Origin: Nitrospirota bacterium
GTDB lineage: Bacteria; Nitrospirota; UBA9217
DNA length: 64,000 nucleotides
Direction: 5' to 3'
Assembly: GCA_963754875.1 (NCBI GenBank)
Contig: CAVWHO010000016.1
Coordinates: 256,001 to 320,000 of the forward strand
A program made the position numbers and the translations under genes. The notes under the pieces were generated by a model that was given only the letters and a program-made list of their open reading frames with translations, was not told the origin of the DNA and searched no databases. Positions 61,823 through 64,000 of the stretch are shown here, piece after piece (position 1 is the first letter of the stretch; each line of letters starts with the position of its first letter).

Positions 61823-62143
61823 TTATAGTTGCGTAAAAAATTCCTGATACTCTGAACCGCTTACCATCACGTAGAATACATTCACCGACCTGCTGATTCG
61901 CCTGATAGGTAACAATCCGTCATTTCGCTTTACCTGACCGGTAAAACTATAAATTTTGCCGCCATTCTTGGCCGTAATCTTCATCCGCTCTCCTACCATA
62001 AGTTTAAGTGTTGTTCCGCCTAAACGAAGTCCCTGGGGAGAAAAATCTAATGTATAGATCTGACTATCCGAATCGTTGATCGTGATTTGAAACTCACGGG
62101 CCGGTCGATTTCTGGAACGCCTGTTAGGACCGTAAATCGTCAT
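61823..62143 (-). CDS. PilZ domain protein
   Basis: RRSRNR (RxxxR) and DFSPQG (DxSxxG). Confidence 0.7.
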   Translation of the reverse strand: MTIYGPNRRSRNRPAREFQITINDSDSQIYTLDFSPQGLRLGGTTLKLMVGERMKITAKNGGKIYSFTGQVKRNDGLLPIRRISRSVNVFYVMVSGSEYQEFFTQL

Positions 62144-62841
62144 ACTGATCTCCTGATAGGTTAGGGAAATTTCCATTAAAGAGCCTCACTAGTGGAGCCT
62201 GCTCTTGCGAAAATGCGGCCATGAATGAGTGCAGGGCTTGGTATTCGACGCATTCCCCCGGCAAGGAGCCGGCGGATTACAAGTCGCGGGATTCAACAAA
62301 CAACATGATTACATAATTTGTTCATTAATAAGGTATGTCTTATGAATAGAGCTTAACAACAATTTTTTGTAAAGTCAATAAATTTATGTAATTTGGGCGG
62401 GGTATTTTCAGGGTATATGTTCCAAATTTAAACGCTGGACAATAGTTTCGAAAGATTTGAATAACGATCAGGTAAAAAGAACCGCCAAAACAGCGAGAAG
62501 GGCCTGGCCAATCTTCCTCATCTGTCCAGGCTAAACATTATTTGTAAGCCAAGAAAAGGCTAGAATAAATAGCAATATTAATGATATTGCATTGTCTCCT
62601 ACTCGCGGCCCTCAGGTCTGAGCAAACATACTCACTGGTTGGTTGTGTGGCTCATGCTGTCCATGGCCCGGACGCCCATTTCAGTCTTGGCCCTATCTTT
62701 CACTTCGACGAGCTGTAGTTGCGCCACATTACTGATCACTCTCCCCATCACGACCGCTGCTTTAACAATGAGAGTGAGATCGTCTGTGCCACCCAGCAGC
62801 TTATGAAAGGGTCAGCGTCCTGCACTGCCAAAGTTATTGGT

Positions 62842-63048
62842 TCATCCACGAGAGATGAAGTAAGCTAAACCAGTTAACATGAGTTCAACTATTACGATCG
62901 GCGTGACAGCGCGAGCCAAAGAGAACCCCGGCATCATTACGAACACGAGGAACACTAACCCTCCAATTGTTGCGCCTATCTTCACTCCCGTTACTATCGA
63001 CTCGTTCTTCATGATTTTTTCTTCTTGTATTTGAATTTTTTTATTCAT
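62842..63048 (-). CDS. Small membrane protein, possibly truncated
   Basis: GVKIGATIGGLVFLVFVMMPGF hydrophobic ORF. Confidence 0.45.
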   Translation of the reverse strand: MNKKIQIQEEKIMKNESIVTGVKIGATIGGLVFLVFVMMPGFSLARAVTPIVIVELMLTGLAYFISRG

Positions 63049-63412
63049 TTTATGGCTCTTTTGTTATTTTGCTGCAGCCATCGATGTCTTTTCTGACTTT
63101 TGCCAACCCTCAGCACTCTGGCGACGAGCCAGCCCATTGTGGCAGTGGCAATTACGATCGTGTAACATTGTCCGCATATTCGGAAAACAGACTTCCAAAA
63201 GCCATTATTTCCGAGCCACGGTGAGGAATATAGTGTCTATTTTAGCAAATTACCATGCAACCTTGTGTTTACTGACGGCATGCTATACTGTGTTCATGGA
63301 CTAACCGTACTGGCGTTCAAAGAAAATCTGCTGTTTGCGAAGAATGGGGAAATTAGTAAATGACCGTAAGGATCAGGATCTCCCTAAACCCAATGCCGCA
63401 CACGAAAAAGTG

Positions 63413-64000
63413 ATGAATAGGATAAAGATAGCCTTCTTCGTGGCCAGCACAATGTTAGTATTCCTCCTGATGACCGCGCCTGTTCTTGCACAGGGGTCAA
63501 TTGATGCGGAGAGCCGGCTGAGGCACGGCATATCGCTGTTCGCGCGTGGCAGAATTGATGATGCCATAGAGGAATTTCAGAAAATCATTACGGTAAGGCC
63601 GGAATATGTACCGGCATACGTGAATCTCGGTTCTGCTTATCGTCAGAAAGGCCAATTCGAGAAGGCTCTTGCAGTCCTCGGGAAAGCGAAAGAAGTCGAT
63701 CCGAAAAACGCTGTGGTACACTCCCAGGTCGGAGCCGTCTATTTAGACCTTGGGAAATTTGATGATGCCGCAAAAGCATACGGGACCGCGATAGAAATCG
63801 ACCCTGCCGACGCAGACGCCCTCGCAAATCTGGGTCTCGCCCTCGCCCAAGACGGAAAAATCCAAGGCGCATTACCCTATTTCAAGAAGTCCCTTTACCT
63901 CAATCCCAACTCCCCTTCGACGAGAAAAAGTCTTGGATACGCCTATTCGCTCGTGAAGAACTGGCATGCAGCGATTGACGAACTTTTACGTGCACGAGCC
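63413..64000 (+). CDS. Exported TPR protein (runs off the window end)
   Basis: Open from ATG 63413: signal peptide, AYVNLGSAY, ALANLGLAL. Confidence 0.85.
   Translation, partial: MNRIKIAFFVASTMLVFLLMTAPVLAQGSIDAESRLRHGISLFARGRIDDAIEEFQKIITVRPEYVPAYVNLGSAYRQKGQFEKALAVLGKAKEVDPKNAVVHSQVGAVYLDLGKFDDAAKAYGTAIEIDPADADALANLGLALAQDGKIQGALPYFKKSLYLNPNSPSTRKSLGYAYSLVKNWHAAIDELLRARA

Noticed and set aside
63060..63170. GCCACTG...AAGTCAGAA resembling a cobalamin riboswitch (minus strand)
   Set aside because: No GGGAA or CCCCGC core and no B12-related gene downstream
63244..63260. sigma54-like TTGCATGGTAATTTGCT (minus strand)
   Set aside because: Lacks the invariant -24 GG and spacing is one base off

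Overview
Bacterial chromosomal window, moderately GC-rich. Gene content and sigma54 usage suggest a Nitrospirota/Desulfobacterota-like anaerobe (inference only). Many genes, including housekeeping nrdR, are split by single-base indels, probably long-read consensus errors. Layout: (1) 1-9 kb, two sigma54-driven ammonium transporter units (amtB; amtB-glnK) sharing a tandem upstream activator motif and enclosing a PerR/SOD/rubrerythrin stress cluster, with an IS200-type element inserted silently in the last SOD codon; (2) 9-25 kb, redox, repair, envelope and signalling genes (pirin, Fpg-like, 7-POTRA Omp85, a His-box sensor with no kinase domain, SurA-like, SppA, Csp, pseudo-receiver-PilZ); (3) 25.1-27.1 kb, the best candidate for an undescribed system: a ~660-aa membrane-anchored multiheme c-type cytochrome split in the ORF track by an in-frame UGA directly followed by a SECIS-like hairpin, i.e. 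a probable selenocysteine-containing cytochrome; (4) 27-34.7 kb, co-oriented accessory small genes with a RelE/ParE TA pair, GTAG-type REPs and one well-formed attC site but no integrase; (5) 34.7-55 kb, housekeeping run (radA, folA, smpB, vapBC, priA, nrdR, glyA, rpiB, rsmE, pcnB, short UvrD, EndoQ-like PHP); (6) 55-64 kb, OsmC, Cu chaperone, TRL-like lipoproteins, small enzymes and a truncated TPR gene. No rRNA, tRNA or CRISPR array was seen.
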